From a virus (Duplodnaviria; Caudoviricetes), in the IMG/VR virus record IMGVR_UViG_3300011336_000364, positions 1-62,237 of that record: a stretch of DNA of 62,237 nucleotides; one strand, given 5' to 3'. A program made the position numbers and the translations under genes. The notes beneath the pieces are model-generated. The model was given only the letters and a program-made list of their open reading frames with translations. It searched no databases and was not told the origin of the DNA. Every line of letters begins with the position of its first letter. The stretch's first letter is position 1. Positions 10,601-23,700 of this stretch are shown here, piece by piece.

Positions 10601-11490
10601 ACAGTACATATCTCCTTACGGGAGATAGTCCTCATAACTTTGCCAACCAAGGCTTCTTACAGCAAAACGGAACTGGCTTAATTGCCAAGCGTGGCACTGA
10701 CGTTCTAAATGGACGGCTTGTATACGTAACCAGTAACGGCATTATGGAGTTGCAATCAACAATACTTGTACCTAAAGGACAGCCACTCGAAGGGGTTTTG
10801 AATATTAGGTCACAGGATTTTGCAACTGGATCGTCTTCTTATATCAATGCAAGTGCTTATGCAGATATTGTTTTGTGTTCAAGTGACAGGCGTCTTTATG
10901 TGCTGGCTCCAACGGCTGGAGAGTTAAGTTCAGGCACTAATACCAGAATGTACATCTATGATAGTCGATCTCAGTCATGGGTCAACTGGTTAAACCCAGT
11001 GCCGTTTACTAGCCTATGTGCTGCTGATTCTGCTGATGACGTACAAGAGTTGTATGCAGGTGGTAGGAATGGACGACTCTATAAGTTAGAAAAGTTTCAA
11101 GATGGTGTTTATTCAAGTACGTCCAATGCCACATCGCGTACGTACACCCCAATTCCGTGGAGTATTAAAACGCGTCAATACGGGCAAGCTTTTGCTGAAG
11201 GGTCGATGTACTACAGCGCTAACAAGATACACAACATCCTTTTGCACATGAGAACATATGAATCTGAGAACATAGCCATCAACTGGGCTGTGACTGGCAT
11301 GAAAGGTTATGTGACAAATGGATCATACCTATGGCCAAGTAATACGGAAAAGGTTGTATCTATACGTAGTGTAAGTCGCACATCTGATCAGCAAACCTTT
11401 GACATTACTTTGTCTGGGTCATCATCTACTAAATGGCGGATGTACGCAGTACACGCACAAACCACTGAAGGTAATACCCCAAGGATTTAA
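7642..11490 (+). CDS. Tail tubular protein B/nozzle-like with inserted carbohydrate-binding-type domains
   Basis: N-terminal FLGID...NLQNL...LQPRNG and beta-propeller-like C-terminus (LAVYNERLFAS, YIYDSRSQSW); NQITNGNF...VYLDDFSL CBM-like insert. Confidence 0.65.
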   Translation: MATKQVTNNQQAFTLGEKAFLGIDTFNAPNRLQDGYFQNLQNLFVYGNALQPRNGWQTCWWSASTTNFQIANAPIYEITPLKYAGFKSRLVFTCNNKLYYWDPTTYETTGSQPIELLDRTNGNASFSFPDSENVRMITHGRYIYGAAGGSNSLFRVRMNGSSIEAESVPVLDDFSSVIPIATAVPLSIASISQSNTSAIDTASFGSAPAILTNQITNGNFATNTATGFGQWNYNTGDAEFITSTTKTVGAYTYNVYSITSKNPNNYILTRDGTVSNCIKIDHIQDFIFQDIDVRGSSIVKDDTPLAFTTWNTNCSATVTLSNATISGTNSFVAGDPVVFKTSTVTNIVANTVYYVLAASLTTTTFRIATAPGGTAITPTGGTGGTFAVTLPALITTAAIHSFAVGQAIRFTTTTGGTSISTTYYVKSVTSTTFTVTTDSTTVGSAFLFTSAVASTANYIKPWHNAGSYVLTFYAYNQDDLTNFVSNNTLDVTVQGYTKTATTAFGSGQAIIPAQVYYSAQPQTATTASDWQKFQIYIDFRDYDQILTGIQVRVQAAFDRGGDSFVYLDDFSLHAVNARMQISEVQDDIKGLAKLVTNQANSTFITDTQPTDPFTNYLANEYIKINLPAATDLRQVESVSIKAAFSEKINQAVPPFSLGMRSSTKMEFTGQCTYDKDIGYLTFELFPISTDTRASVSALYFKLDYDVSGFFNNEWVISFGDVTKQGNLTPASKYEYAFTLWRPYTLPTGSPGTWSSAELPNSSGFETPPSAYSKEVVVTAAINQVTIALPYDFLTLKRGGAGTVSKYKYCLIYRKNILSGDNRGRLIGFIDLDNGTTYTSTQWTGLTSGNVTNTVAGVATTQLNIYDQVQDSALFFDNGPGTRGYRLRQGRDQFPIGCDSLAVYNERLFASKKNTIYASWALDSTNEYGIYTTLVPDMLDPEVAIKGTSFSISNSTDQEQIQAMISVQGDGLMRDNSTSAALVIMREHSTYLLTGDSPHNFANQGFLQQNGTGLIAKRGTDVLNGRLVYVTSNGIMELQSTILVPKGQPLEGVLNIRSQDFATGSSSYINASAYADIVLCSSDRRLYVLAPTAGELSSGTNTRMYIYDSRSQSWVNWLNPVPFTSLCAADSADDVQELYAGGRNGRLYKLEKFQDGVYSSTSNATSRTYTPIPWSIKTRQYGQAFAEGSMYYSANKIHNILLHMRTYESENIAINWAVTGMKGYVTNGSYLWPSNTEKVVSIRSVSRTSDQQTFDITLSGSSSTKWRMYAVHAQTTEGNTPRI

Positions 11491-11491
11491 T

Positions 11492-11959
11492 ATGCCTATA
11501 CCTGTACCAGTTTCTGGATATGATGCAATCAGTGGACGAAAAGGCCAACAGTTTGGAGGCATTTCAGGACCGGGTAAAACTAACGCTGTCCTTGGGCAAT
11601 CTGAATTCCTTGGCATAAAACCTGTTCCATATGACGCAGCTTTTAGTCAAGTGCAGTTTGCTAGTGCTGCTACAGAACTAGGTTATGCACCACAGATAAT
11701 TGTTTGTGATGCAACAACTGCTGGTTTTGCTATTACGTTGCCAACTACTGGTTCTGGGTATGGAAAAACAGTAACAGTAATTAAAATGGATTCATCTGCA
11801 AACACTATTACGTTTGTTGCACAGACTGGTAATACGTTATGGAATTACTCTACATGGACAGGGTTGACTAAGCAGTACGAAACCGTAACATGGTTATCAA
11901 TAGTAAATTCTGCTGGTTCTCAAGGATGGATAGCGCTGCTTGATAAAGCAGTAGTGTAG
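11492..11959 (+). CDS. Small tail protein
   Basis: CDATTAGFAITLP...GKTVTVIKMDSSANTIT tail-fibre-type repeat; start reassigned to ATG 11492. Confidence 0.55.
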   Translation: MPIPVPVSGYDAISGRKGQQFGGISGPGKTNAVLGQSEFLGIKPVPYDAAFSQVQFASAATELGYAPQIIVCDATTAGFAITLPTTGSGYGKTVTVIKMDSSANTITFVAQTGNTLWNYSTWTGLTKQYETVTWLSIVNSAGSQGWIALLDKAVV

Positions 11960-11974
11960 TAAACTGGAGGCATT

Positions 11975-12832
11975 ATGGATCCAATGACAATAGGCTTATT
12001 AAGCCAATTTGGTGGTATGGCTTTAAAGGGAATGTTTAAACAAAACAATCCTTACCTTGAAGCACAAAAAACAGCACAAAATAACTCTCGGCGACAAGCA
12101 ATGTATCACGAGCAGTTGTTTAAGGACCAGCGAGCACAAGCGGATCGTATGCGTCCTACATATGAAAAACTGCAACAGCGATCAATGGAAGCTGCTACTA
12201 AGCCAGTAACAAGTACGTCGATGTACAAAAACCTTGGCCCATTAGCAGGAATATTACAGGCTCAGGGCGATGCATCATCAGCTGCTGCATCTCGTAGCGC
12301 TGGCTCTCGTGGTTTATATGGTGGTCAACAACAAGGCGTTTTAGATGCATCCCGTAATGCTACTAACTCTGCTATTGCCAAGTCGATGTCAGACTATGTA
12401 AGTAACTATGAGTCTGCTGAACCTGCTCGAATTGCTGGTGCTGCACAGGCTGCTGGAAACGCATATCAGACAGGTATTGCATCCGCAGATCAAGCATTGA
12501 GTGGAGCAACAAACAATTACAATAACGTAGCACAGTACGGTCAACAGATTGGTGCTGCGCAACAGGCTGCGCGTGACGCAGCAGATGCACAACATGCTCA
12601 GCTAATGCAATTGCTTGGTGGCTATTTTGGCAACCAAGCAGAGATGCGTCAACAAGACAAAGATCTTGCTCAACGTAAAAAACAAGGTGACGTTTTTAAT
12701 GACCGATTGCGAAATATGGGTATGGGCAGCCGTGAACAAAAACCGGGCATGGCTCCAAATGGTGAAGTAATTCCATATGGATACATGTGGAATCCAATGA
12801 CTAACACAATTGATTACATAGGAGGATTCTAG
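11975..12832 (+). CDS. Internal virion/ejection (pilot) protein
   Basis: MDPMTIG... N-terminus; Ala/Gln/Gly-rich helical; first of three ejection genes. Confidence 0.6.
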   Translation: MDPMTIGLLSQFGGMALKGMFKQNNPYLEAQKTAQNNSRRQAMYHEQLFKDQRAQADRMRPTYEKLQQRSMEAATKPVTSTSMYKNLGPLAGILQAQGDASSAAASRSAGSRGLYGGQQQGVLDASRNATNSAIAKSMSDYVSNYESAEPARIAGAAQAAGNAYQTGIASADQALSGATNNYNNVAQYGQQIGAAQQAARDAADAQHAQLMQLLGGYFGNQAEMRQQDKDLAQRKKQGDVFNDRLRNMGMGSREQKPGMAPNGEVIPYGYMWNPMTNTIDYIGGF

Positions 12833-12833
12833 T

Positions 12834-14765
12834 ATGAGTGGAATGGCATTTAACGCCGGATTACAAGCCTTACTAGGTGGAATGACTGAGGCAGGTAAAC
12901 AACGCCGAGCATTTCAACGAGAATCAATTGACCGCAGTCGTGAGGAAGCTGAGAAGCTTTATCAACTAGGCCAACAAAATGAATCTCAACAATGGAATAG
13001 AGATGCTGCTAATCGTGCGACTACACAAGAAGCTGACCGTAAAGCAGAACTATTGCGCCTTGAACAGGAACGCAAAAAAGAAGAAGAGAATCGCAAGAGT
13101 CAATATATTCGCAGTACCCTATCTCCTATTGCTGAAGCAAAAGTAAAATACGAAGGGGCTGTAACAGCCTATAACGCTATTGACTCTAGAGATTTCTTAA
13201 AAAAAGAAGAAGCCTATAAAGAGTTAATGAGATCTCGCGGCAACTATGAGTCCGCTCTCTCCACTAATAAAGAGTTGTTAAAAGCAGACAGGTCTTTTGG
13301 TGTACAGGATTGGAACCCATACATAGATGCGTTTGCGCCAAAGGGTGCGCTTCCTGAGCGTCCTAAGCGTATTAGTCGTGTAGCTGCTCCAGTTACTGGT
13401 ACTACTGGCGCTGTTGCTGGCCCTGCCAATGAACCTACTGATACTGGTGTGGCATTACCCGCTGGTGGCCCATTACGTTCGGTACCTGTGCAATCACCAC
13501 CTCCACCTCCACCACCTGCTCAGACTTCTGGTTTACCTTTTATTGCTCCGCCAATGATTGGTATGCCTAATGTTCCAATGGGTGCAAATGTGCCTCCACG
13601 TCCGGCTGCTCCGCAACAACAGCAACCGTATCCATTTGATCCAAATGCAGCGCGTAATTTTTTACCAGACACATCGATGCTTGGAAGTCGTGGATTCATT
13701 CTTCCGACTACTGCACCAAGGTCACCTATGGTTGCGCCAAGACCTGCTACGCCACCTCCACCAACGTGGGATGAGTCACGTGGTAAGTTAACTAAGCGAT
13801 TCTTTCCTGAAGAAGATTATCTCGACTACGCACAACTTGGTGACTTAACACCTGAAGTTGATAAAGAAGTTGATCGGTTAATTAAGAAGGCTGGCGAAGG
13901 TTTTACATTTCCTATTGATGACACATTGCATCCTAGTAAGTGGTTACCAACAGTTGCTGGTAAGTTTAGGGAACGTGCTCTTAATCCAGCATTCCTAGAG
14001 TCAGAACTGAGCGCAATGAACTACGGCAATAAACGTGAACTGATACCTCATATCCTTGAGCGGATGGGTATGAGATTTCAAAATGACCCGACGTTTCTTC
14101 CTGCTGATGTACGTAAAGCATTGACTGAAGATGCAACATCAACTACTGATCGCAGATACAAAAGCGATGCAGAGAAACGAGCAGAGGCATTAGCCGGTTA
14201 TGCAGCTAAAGCTGAAGAGCGTGAAGCTGGTAAATACTCTTATGAGACCGGCAAGGGTCGTACTATGAAAGAAGAAGAGCATGATGTAAGTGTAGCAAAT
14301 ACAAAAGCGACTACTGCCATGCATCAAGCATCTTCTCGTCGAGCAGCTGCAGAAGTTAAATCCAAAAAACCATTTTATGAAATACAAGCCAGTGTAGCAA
14401 AAATTGTTGACAGCAATTTGGACCGTTACTTCAAATTTATTGACTCTGCTGAGCAACGAATTACTGGTGTATCTTCTACTGGTGGAACGTATTCTCGTGC
14501 ACAATCTAATCTACCTGCATTATCTAAGGGTAGCCCTGCATTTCCGGCTGTTCAAAATATGAAAGCCAGAATGCAGAAGATTAGAGAAGATGTAATCGAA
14601 GCAACTCTCAACGGAGATCAAACTGCAATTGCAGGGTTAAATGATAGATGGAACAATCTCAGAAAAGAATATGTAAATAGACATCCAGTTTTAGGCGCGT
14701 ATCTTGGAGATGCGAGTGATGCAAACATGACAACTGGTAAACCACGTAAAGCGGATAAACAGTAA
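12834..14765 (+). CDS. Internal virion/ejection protein
   Basis: Coiled-coil plus Pro-rich linker; synteny. Confidence 0.55.
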   Translation: MSGMAFNAGLQALLGGMTEAGKQRRAFQRESIDRSREEAEKLYQLGQQNESQQWNRDAANRATTQEADRKAELLRLEQERKKEEENRKSQYIRSTLSPIAEAKVKYEGAVTAYNAIDSRDFLKKEEAYKELMRSRGNYESALSTNKELLKADRSFGVQDWNPYIDAFAPKGALPERPKRISRVAAPVTGTTGAVAGPANEPTDTGVALPAGGPLRSVPVQSPPPPPPPAQTSGLPFIAPPMIGMPNVPMGANVPPRPAAPQQQQPYPFDPNAARNFLPDTSMLGSRGFILPTTAPRSPMVAPRPATPPPPTWDESRGKLTKRFFPEEDYLDYAQLGDLTPEVDKEVDRLIKKAGEGFTFPIDDTLHPSKWLPTVAGKFRERALNPAFLESELSAMNYGNKRELIPHILERMGMRFQNDPTFLPADVRKALTEDATSTTDRRYKSDAEKRAEALAGYAAKAEEREAGKYSYETGKGRTMKEEEHDVSVANTKATTAMHQASSRRAAAEVKSKKPFYEIQASVAKIVDSNLDRYFKFIDSAEQRITGVSSTGGTYSRAQSNLPALSKGSPAFPAVQNMKARMQKIREDVIEATLNGDQTAIAGLNDRWNNLRKEYVNRHPVLGAYLGDASDANMTTGKPRKADKQ

Positions 14766-14775
14766 GGGGATCTAG

Positions 14776-17700
14776 ATGGCAAAGCCGTTAACAGCTGCAG
14801 AAAAAAAGAAGTTACAGTTATGGTTATCTAGGTTTGATGCTGCCACAAAAAAGGTAACTAAAACAAATCCTGATTACGCTTCTATCATTACTAAAGATAC
14901 TCGTGCTGTTCTTTCTGCTGCTCGTGAAAACGGCTTGCTTACTAATGACGCTTATCAAAAACGGTTATCGGCTTATACGGAAACTATTAAAGAAACATCA
15001 CGTCGTCCCGTCATTGACACAGACAAAGTTGTAGTTAAATTTAAAAACCCTGTAACTGGTAAAGAGTCTGCGTTAAACCGGTCTTCATTTATTGACAAAG
15101 AAGGTAACTACAACTGGGAGCGAGACCTTAACGATGTTATATCTGAACGTCAAGCAAAATCTCAGGCTATTGGTGGGCAGTTAAAAAAAGGCCCTACACC
15201 TGCATACACTGCGTATGACGATGTTAAGCTTGTTCCAGAAACAATTGGCCCGTCATTACGAGGGCAAGGCGAAGGCCTTGTAAAAGGCTGGGAAGGCGCT
15301 CTTGGCTCCCTTGGTGCTGTAGCTAACCCTGTTAAAGACGGAATGATGAGGGCTGCAGGACCAATTGTACGAGGATTTGCAGCGACTGCTGGCGGTCCCG
15401 GATCTTACAATAATCCTAACCTCGCAGTGCAAATGGACTTGGCAAAGAAAGTTACTCCTGAGCAATACGGTGAAGCTTACTTCAGGCCAATTGAAGATGA
15501 AAACGAAGCCGTAGGTTTTCAAGCTGCTCAGTTAGCAGCGCTTGGTGTTCCAAGTATGGCAGCAGATATTGCTACCGGTGGACTATTTGCTGGGTTGCGT
15601 CGTGCTGGTGCAGTCAAAGGAATTGCTCCGGCTGCATTTAATGCAGCAGAACTTACTACTGGCTTAGCACCCGGCGTTACTGAAGTTTTAACAAAAAATC
15701 CTTTATGGAATGTAATTGGAAATCCAATTGGTGCTTCACAAGAAGCGTTAAACAATAAAGCTCTTAGAGAACGAGCACAATCTCAATCAGCATCAGCAGT
15801 TGAACTTTCTGGTCCGTCAAACACATTACTCAACATAGCAGGATTAGCTTTAGGCGTCTCCTTAAATACCGCTGGTAAAGTTGTTAAAGGCGCAGACATA
15901 AATGAGATAAAGCAAGGGGTGCGCGGTGTACGGCAGTCAATCCGTCAAGGGTTAGATGCTGCTCGCGCTATTGGTGATGGCGGGAAAATTACACCGTTAT
16001 CACGTGCAAAAATCTGGAGTGCTGGGTTAGGCGATACGCCTGTAGCGCAAGATTACCTAAAGCCTATGGCTATGAACGCACTACAGAGTGCTGTCCCACT
16101 GGGCGTACAGGCTACTGCTGCAGCCATTAATCCATATGATGAAAAGACTAAAAAGGGATATGAAATGCCCAGTGCGTACGATGTCATTGACACCGTTGCG
16201 CAAGTTGCTTTTAGCTCACCACACAAAGATAGTATTCTCGGAAAGTTCAACAACTTATTTGACACAACTGAAGTTGGCACAGGTGCAATTTTAGAAGTAA
16301 CCCAAAAGTCTAATGCATTACGCAAAGAACTACAAAAGGAATCTACATTAATAGACTACTTGGTCAGAAGTAGTGGCTTATCCTATGATCAAGCTTTGGC
16401 GTATGTTTCGCAAAGTCGCAAAGAACAATTTCCAGATAGGCCAGATGTTCGATCACTTCAAGACATTGAGGACATGACTGAAGCAAGGCGTATAGCACAG
16501 GGAATGAATCCTGCTTTAGATAGAGTTATCCTTGGACGTGTTCTTGATGCTGGCAAGTATAAAAAAGAATCTGTAACTGCACCACTTCCACCTATGCAGG
16601 GACCTAAAGAACGTTTTAATGTTGGACGTGCAATTAAAGGTGTTGGTGAAACAATTGCAGACAGACTTGGAGAGCAACCAAAAGATGCAACCTTAAGTCA
16701 GTTTGGTTATGCTCCCGTAGCTGGACGTCAAGATGCTGACTTGGCAGTACACGATTTAATTACTGGCCCACTGCAAGGATTCTCTACAGTTACACGTGAG
16801 TGGACTGCTGCATTGAAATCTCGTTTGGCAATGCAAGAGTCACTCAAGAAACCTCTTACAAAAACTGAGTTAGAAAAGACTGCTGACAATAAACGTAGAC
16901 CATTACCCTACACCAGCATGATGGTTACAACTCCAGATGGTTTAAGGCGCATTGTCTACGATGATAGCTTGCGTCGCATTGGTCTTACTGACGATGTTGA
17001 TTACCCAACCAATAGACAACTTACACCACAGGCTATTACCACAGACGTAAACAATCTAACTCCGGATAATTTACGTAAAGGTCTCCCGACTCTTAATAGC
17101 CGTGACAACATTGATATCCGTTGGAGCCATCGTGGTTCGGACAATAAAGTATTTGATTATCATATACGTGGTTTTGATGCTGACGGCCCCGTCGTTACAA
17201 AGTCATTAAGTGGTGGACCCGGCTTAGAGGATAGTACATATCGAGTTGGTCGCCGAGAACTTAACGAGACTCTGCCTGAATCTAGTAAAGAGAAAATCAT
17301 TGCTCAACTAGAAGCAATCAATAGAGAGTTTGGCGGATCGGATATCGGTGACAACAACGGCGCTATCTATTCCTCTACTGACTTTTCAACCGTTGATAGG
17401 GCACAGTTCCCACATCAGGTTGCCGTTGGTGGTGGCAAGGTTATCCCTGCACGTTTAATCAACAAGACCAATGAATTCTATTCGTATCAAATACCAACTG
17501 GTGGCGTGATCAGAGTTCGCAAAGAATCTATGGGGTCTACAAAAAATACGGACACCCTAATGACTCCAATCGATACACGTATGGAACGTGTCGCTGGAAT
17601 AGTTTATGCGGACAATTTAACAACGCAGCTTGCTAACGTTAAAGATCGTGAATTTATTGACGTTCAACTTGGCGATGACGTCACCTCTACACGACGTGTT

Positions 17701-20700
17701 TACATTAATGCGCGTGATCAAAACAATCTTGAAAAGATGTACGAGGACCATTTACGCAAGCAGGATAAGCGATTACAAAATAACGAAGACCTTGAAGTTG
17801 GGCAAAAGAAGTTTGAGCAAAAGGTTGCAAAAGTACTGCGAGCCTTAAGTCAAATTGAAGACCCTGCAGATGTTCGTTATAACGATGGAACTGAGACCGG
17901 CGGTAGTAAGATTACTGCTGGTGACGTTGTGCTCATCAATAGTTCGACTGATGAACTTGGTGCTATATCTAGGCCATCCCGTATACCGGAAGGTCAATTA
18001 CGTGCTGTCGTTTTAGGAATAGATAAGGACGGAGTTCACGTTGCGTTGCAGGATCGTTTAGATGAAACAGCAGCAATAGTTCACCCTGACTTACTACGTC
18101 CTGTTCATGAGGTGTCTGGACATCAATTCCAACCTAATGCTGAGCGTTTTGAATTTGTAGACATGACAGACTTTGGGTCTTCTGGATTTGGTATACCCGG
18201 AGTACTTGACGAGAACGGTCAACCAGTAACCGCACCATTAGACACAACACCTGCTGATGCAACTCCTGCTGCGCCACTGCCTGTTGATAGCACTAACCCT
18301 GCACCTGATTTGATTTATCAACGTGCTATTGAGTCAACTACAATTGAATCTGCGCAGAATCACCTTGAGTATGCTCTCGGAGATTTAAGCGTTACACCAA
18401 ACACTATTGGTCGTGTTTACCGAGAAGCGTTTGCTAATGCAACTCCTGAAGTACGCGACAACCTTGTTCATGCCGTCTTGACATTTGATATAGATCGACC
18501 TTTAGAGATCAATGAGATTACTAGGTTGAATGCTGTTTTAGACGCAATGATTAGTTGGAATAAAGATCGTGACGTAGCAGTCAATTACACTGATGACTTT
18601 GTTTCTCATATGTCTGAAGGTATGACTCAAGCTGGACGCAAGGTTTATGCAAACACAGTCAATACTCTTGCAACTGAAGCACTGGATCGCTGGCGTCGCG
18701 GACGCCTTGAAACTCATGTGCGTAACATTGTTGGTAAGTTAGATTTACCAGCAACTGAAAAGGCTGCGATGGAGGCTGCTGTTGTTCAACGCGCAGTGCA
18801 AATGCAACACGTCAGTACTACGTTGCGTACTCGCTTGAAAAACATTGGCGTAACAGCAAATGACTTCTGGGCATCCGTCAGCTTTATGTCTCCAGCGCAA
18901 CAGGCTGAAGTAGAAGCCCAGTTAAAAGATGCTCAGCGAACTGGAACAATGCCTACGAGTCAACGGCAGTTTGCTGAAGATTTTAGGCATGTTGCTTCTC
19001 AGGTTTCTCCTTTAACTAGAGTTCGTAAAAAGTATGACGCTAAAGCTTATAGGGAAAAAGTCAACACTGAATTAGAAACGTTTGCCAAAAAGGTAAGTGG
19101 CAAAGTTATTGAAACAACTGTTGCTAAATCTGCTGACCCTAATACATCTATCACTGAATTGAAACATGCAATGGACATGATCAGTGGTGATCCTGCAGCA
19201 ATGAAAGAAATTATCAGCAATCTTGCATCTCAGGATTTGGACTCAACGGTATTTGATAAATTCTTTAGTGACGTACGTTTCCCTAATAGTAAGTTAACTC
19301 TTTCTGACGTTGCTCGCGTGTTGAAGAATAATGGCATCGACGACTTAACAGGCCTAAACAACAGCATGAAGCAAACGCTTCAAAACATTACGACAGATGT
19401 AGACATTACTCCGCAGTCGATGTACAACGACATCTTTACCCGCTTGGGAGAAACTAGTCCAGCTGCACGTAAGTATCTTGAGGATAATGAAACAGATATT
19501 CTTGATCGCCTTGAGGATGCTTATAAGAAGAATCCAGCAGACTACATATTGCAAGTTGGTACTGAGGTCGAAGGCTTTGTGTCTCACATGGCTAAAGCCG
19601 CTACCAAGGATGCAATTGCCGGTGCAGCTGAAACTGCTGCTGCTATTAACAAGGAGTACATTGCTCGCAACACGTCTCCTGAAAAGGTTAGTCTTGCTGC
19701 TAAGCGATTCCTTGAAGAAGCAGGAAGCTTGCCATCTGGTGATGGATCTGTAAAGCAAGGTGGCGTACGGTTATTGCCACAGGATGTTATTAGCCAGTTT
19801 GTAGATATGACTGCAGATAACGCAGTACAAGCCAGCACGGGTAGTCGTGTATCACAAGAGCGTTTAGCAGTTAGCCGTCAGATACTGTCCGATGCTGCTC
19901 CTTGGCTTAAGGCTTTCAACCAACGCTCCATTGCTGATCAGGTATGGACCTTACCATTACCCGGAGCACAGGCACTTATGGGTGCATCCCCTCCGAGAAG
20001 TGTAGTTGAAAAGGGCATTGACGGAGAAGTCAAAGGCAAGGGTGTTACCTACACTACTGACGAGCAAGGTAATGCACGTGTCGGATTAAATCAACAGCGT
20101 GGTTTAAATAGGGACTCTATGGTCGCTGTTATTAAAGACATGCTTACTGGTGGTCAGGAGTTTAGTAACGCAGGTTTGAATCAAATGGTTGATGACATGG
20201 CTAACACATATGCAGATATGTGGGATGTACATGCTCATGGTTATGCCGTACGTCATATGGAATATGAGTTAAAGACTGGCAACAGTGTTGATGCCAAGAA
20301 GTTCTATTCCGAGTTAATCCGATCTGCTATGGAAGCAGAAAGTGATCCCGGTATTCGTTCTGCAATGCAGGAAGTTTACGATCACGTCCAAGATACAGGC
20401 ACGTTGTTAGTTGATACAGGAACTAAAAAGTTCAGTAAGGATGCAAACTCTGTTGTCGCAGGAGCTTTCCGTGAAGTCAACAAAGAGTACGGTATCCAGT
20501 TCGGTAAATGGCTATCAACGCATCGTATGGCTCAGTTGGTGCATGACTTCTATACGACAAACGCACAAGTCAATATGTCATCTGCTGCTGTCGATCAGTT
20601 CTCTGAAGCAAGTTTAATTCGTGGGAGTTACGGAAGCCTTACTACTGGTCCAGTCATTGAGATACCGGGTTCACAACGAGCAATCGTGAACCTGATGTTA

Positions 20701-23700
20701 CACATTAACAAGGATAAGAACGCTGGTCGTAATGCACTTAGTGTTGGTCACGAGTTGTTCCATGGCGTGTATCACACGATGCCATTGCATGACAAACTGC
20801 GCATCGCAAAGAATGCATTAGCAATGTTTGGTGACAAAACAAACAACTCGCTCAGTGCTGCTTTACGTAATGTGACCACGGAATTGTCGGACTACAACGC
20901 AGAGATTGCTAAACTTAAGAAGGTGATAGCAGAAGGAACAGAAGACGAGGTTGATGAGGCACGAAAGTCATTAGCCGAGCTTGAGTATCACTACACAGTA
21001 GATATGCATGGCGACACAAATAGCTTCCTTTATACAGACCCAACCATTAATGAAGTTGTTGTTAGTTACCTGATGTCTACTGCAATGCAAGATCCACTGA
21101 TTTACAGTGATGACTCTAACATTGCTCACTATGCATCAGGCGCCATGTCTAGGCTTGGTATTGCATTGAATCAAGCCATTGGTGTAATGACCCGTGGTAA
21201 CACGGTTCAGTCAGACTGGGTTGGTGCGGAGACGGGTTCTAGTCACAGGTGGACACTTGGAGGAAAGTCGTTCTTCCATGTAGATGCTGGTGGTAATCCA
21301 ATTGCAACACCTATGATGTCTGGCTGGACATTGCGATTCACTGACCGTAGTACACGTGCTCAAAATGTCCTTCAACCATTGACTGCTACACCAGATGGAT
21401 TAGCACAGAACAACATTGGTTCTGACGCTGACCTTACTGATGTAAAGCGTGGACCGTCTATATTTGGACAGTTCGGTGGATTTGAGCATATTGATATGCC
21501 ATTCAGAGTTCACCGGTCATTGATTTTCGTGGACAGTAAAAGCGACACGTTCAACAAACTTAGGCAAAAGGGTATAAAGCCAGTTGCGACTGGCGGGAAA
21601 AATAAGAACTGGTTTGAGATGGATGTGTCAGATACGGGAATGCCTGTTAACTCGGTAGGTGGAGTACCTATTAAAGACAAGCGTCCTCAGTATGCATATG
21701 TGGTTGAAGCTGACACTGAAGGTGGCAAGCGGAAACGATACATAACGTACGGCGATGTTGTTGCTATGCAACCAAACGTTCGCGTTAGTGGAAGCAGTGG
21801 GTCTGCATCTCCAACTGTAGCAGGAATCCTATACAGTTCCTACGGTCGTGTATCAGAAGCACAACAAGTCTTGATGGGCATGGCTGATCAACGACAACAG
21901 CGCATCTTAAAGGGTTATGCGTTTATGTCTGGTCCAGCACCGGGATTAATGCCTGATGTTGCCGGTACAACATTTGGAGTTAGCAGTAAAGAAGTCAGTG
22001 ACCTGAATTCTATTATTAAAAACGGCAGTCCTGAAGATGCTCAAGAAGCCCAAGATAGATTAGACGAGATAAGAAGAGCGTATTCAGAAAGCCCTATTGC
22101 TAAAGCTATTGCGACTAGTAAAGTAAACTCTGCTGAAAATGTTCTTGCCGTAGCTGACACTACTACTGATGCAATTTCCATTGTCTATAACAATGGACTT
22201 AAGCAAGCAATAGGTCACGATGATCAAAAAGCACAAGAAGAAGTGCAGAAGAAAATAGACAATGCTAGACAAGGCATGGAGAATCTACGAACATCACTAT
22301 TCGGTATTCGTCCTGCTGACAACAGACCTATTGTCTTATCTTCTAAAAGTGAAACATCAGGAGATACAACAAATGTTCATATCTCTAGCTTCTTTGGTAA
22401 CAAGAGTGGCAATATTCTTTCTTCTGCTCCAATTTATTTAAATAAGGGTGAGGGCACAGGGGATGGAGATCCTACATCCTATACGTTATCGAGGCTTGCT
22501 CGTCGTTTAACTGAAGACTTTGACTCAGCGGATGAGTTGAATGACATTGGTGAGGCATTAGTCAAGTCACGCAGTGTTGTTGAATTTGGTCAGCAGTTAC
22601 AACGCAAGGGCTATGATGACACATTTATTTCGGATGCGTTATCAGCTATAGAATCAGCAACTGATGAATCAATGCCGACTGGTGTAGCCCTATCTATGGA
22701 TAGTGCGTTTACTATTGCTCGTGATTTTGCAAAGGGTTCCGTCAACTTTATCAGTGATGCTGACGGCGATACTGGAGCTTCAGCATTTGCACAGAACCTA
22801 CAAGATGTTGTTGAAGGTTTTGATGGAGATGATCCAGTACCACTAGCGCATAACCAACGTGCAATCATTACATTCGCTGTGCAAGCATATGCTCAATCTC
22901 AGAATAGATTAGGCAAAGCCATGAGTGAAGCTGATGTGTTGGAAGCTGCAGCAAATCCGTTTTCACAAGAGTACACAGCAATATCAGCGTTTGCCCAAGC
23001 TCTCAGTGTCGATATCAGCCACAGGGCCACAGCGTTGAAATCTAGAGGCGAGTACCAGTTAGTTGATTCAATCTACCTGTTCAGGAAATCTAGCCCATGG
23101 TACGTGCTAAGGCATGACGTAAGAGCATCCGGATCTGACACAAGCGCAGTCAGCCGTGATGCCAACTCAGCAGTGCCGTCTACGTATCACATTGCAGTTA
23201 ACAAGGCGTCTGGTGAAATAGCGTTTGTCACACAGAAGCGTGATAACAACGGAGACCTTAAGTGGGTTGCGTTAAAACAAGGGCAAGGTCGGTCGGCCTA
23301 TTCTAGTATTGACCGTTCTTCACGTAACCCTGAGAAGTCCACCAACTTTAATAAGGCTGGAGCATTATGTTACAACCCTGATAAAGAACTTACGGATAAC
23401 GTGAAGACTAAGTATGAGTCTAGGTTTAAGTATGGGATTGCTGGTATTAGAGCAGCTCTAATAAAAATACCAGAGGCGTCTGCTCAAACTTTACTAAACA
23501 CTATTGATGGTTTATCTAAGCGTAAGCCGGGTACATCAGCAGTCGTGACTGTTTCTCTTCCTCACCGCTGGGGTTATGATCCTAATAATCCATCAGTAAA
23601 ACAAACATTATCTCCAGAGCAGAAGTTTAGGGATTTCGATGAAGTCCTTAAGGCTATGACGGGACAGGCTAATTACGATGCAGCAGTGCTACGTAATGTA

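Noticed and set aside
22756-22770. DADGD in the giant protein as a virion RNA polymerase DxDGD motif
   Set aside because: Lacks the aromatic residue and context of NADFDGD/DFDID and sits in an acidic low-complexity stretch; unsupported without structure prediction
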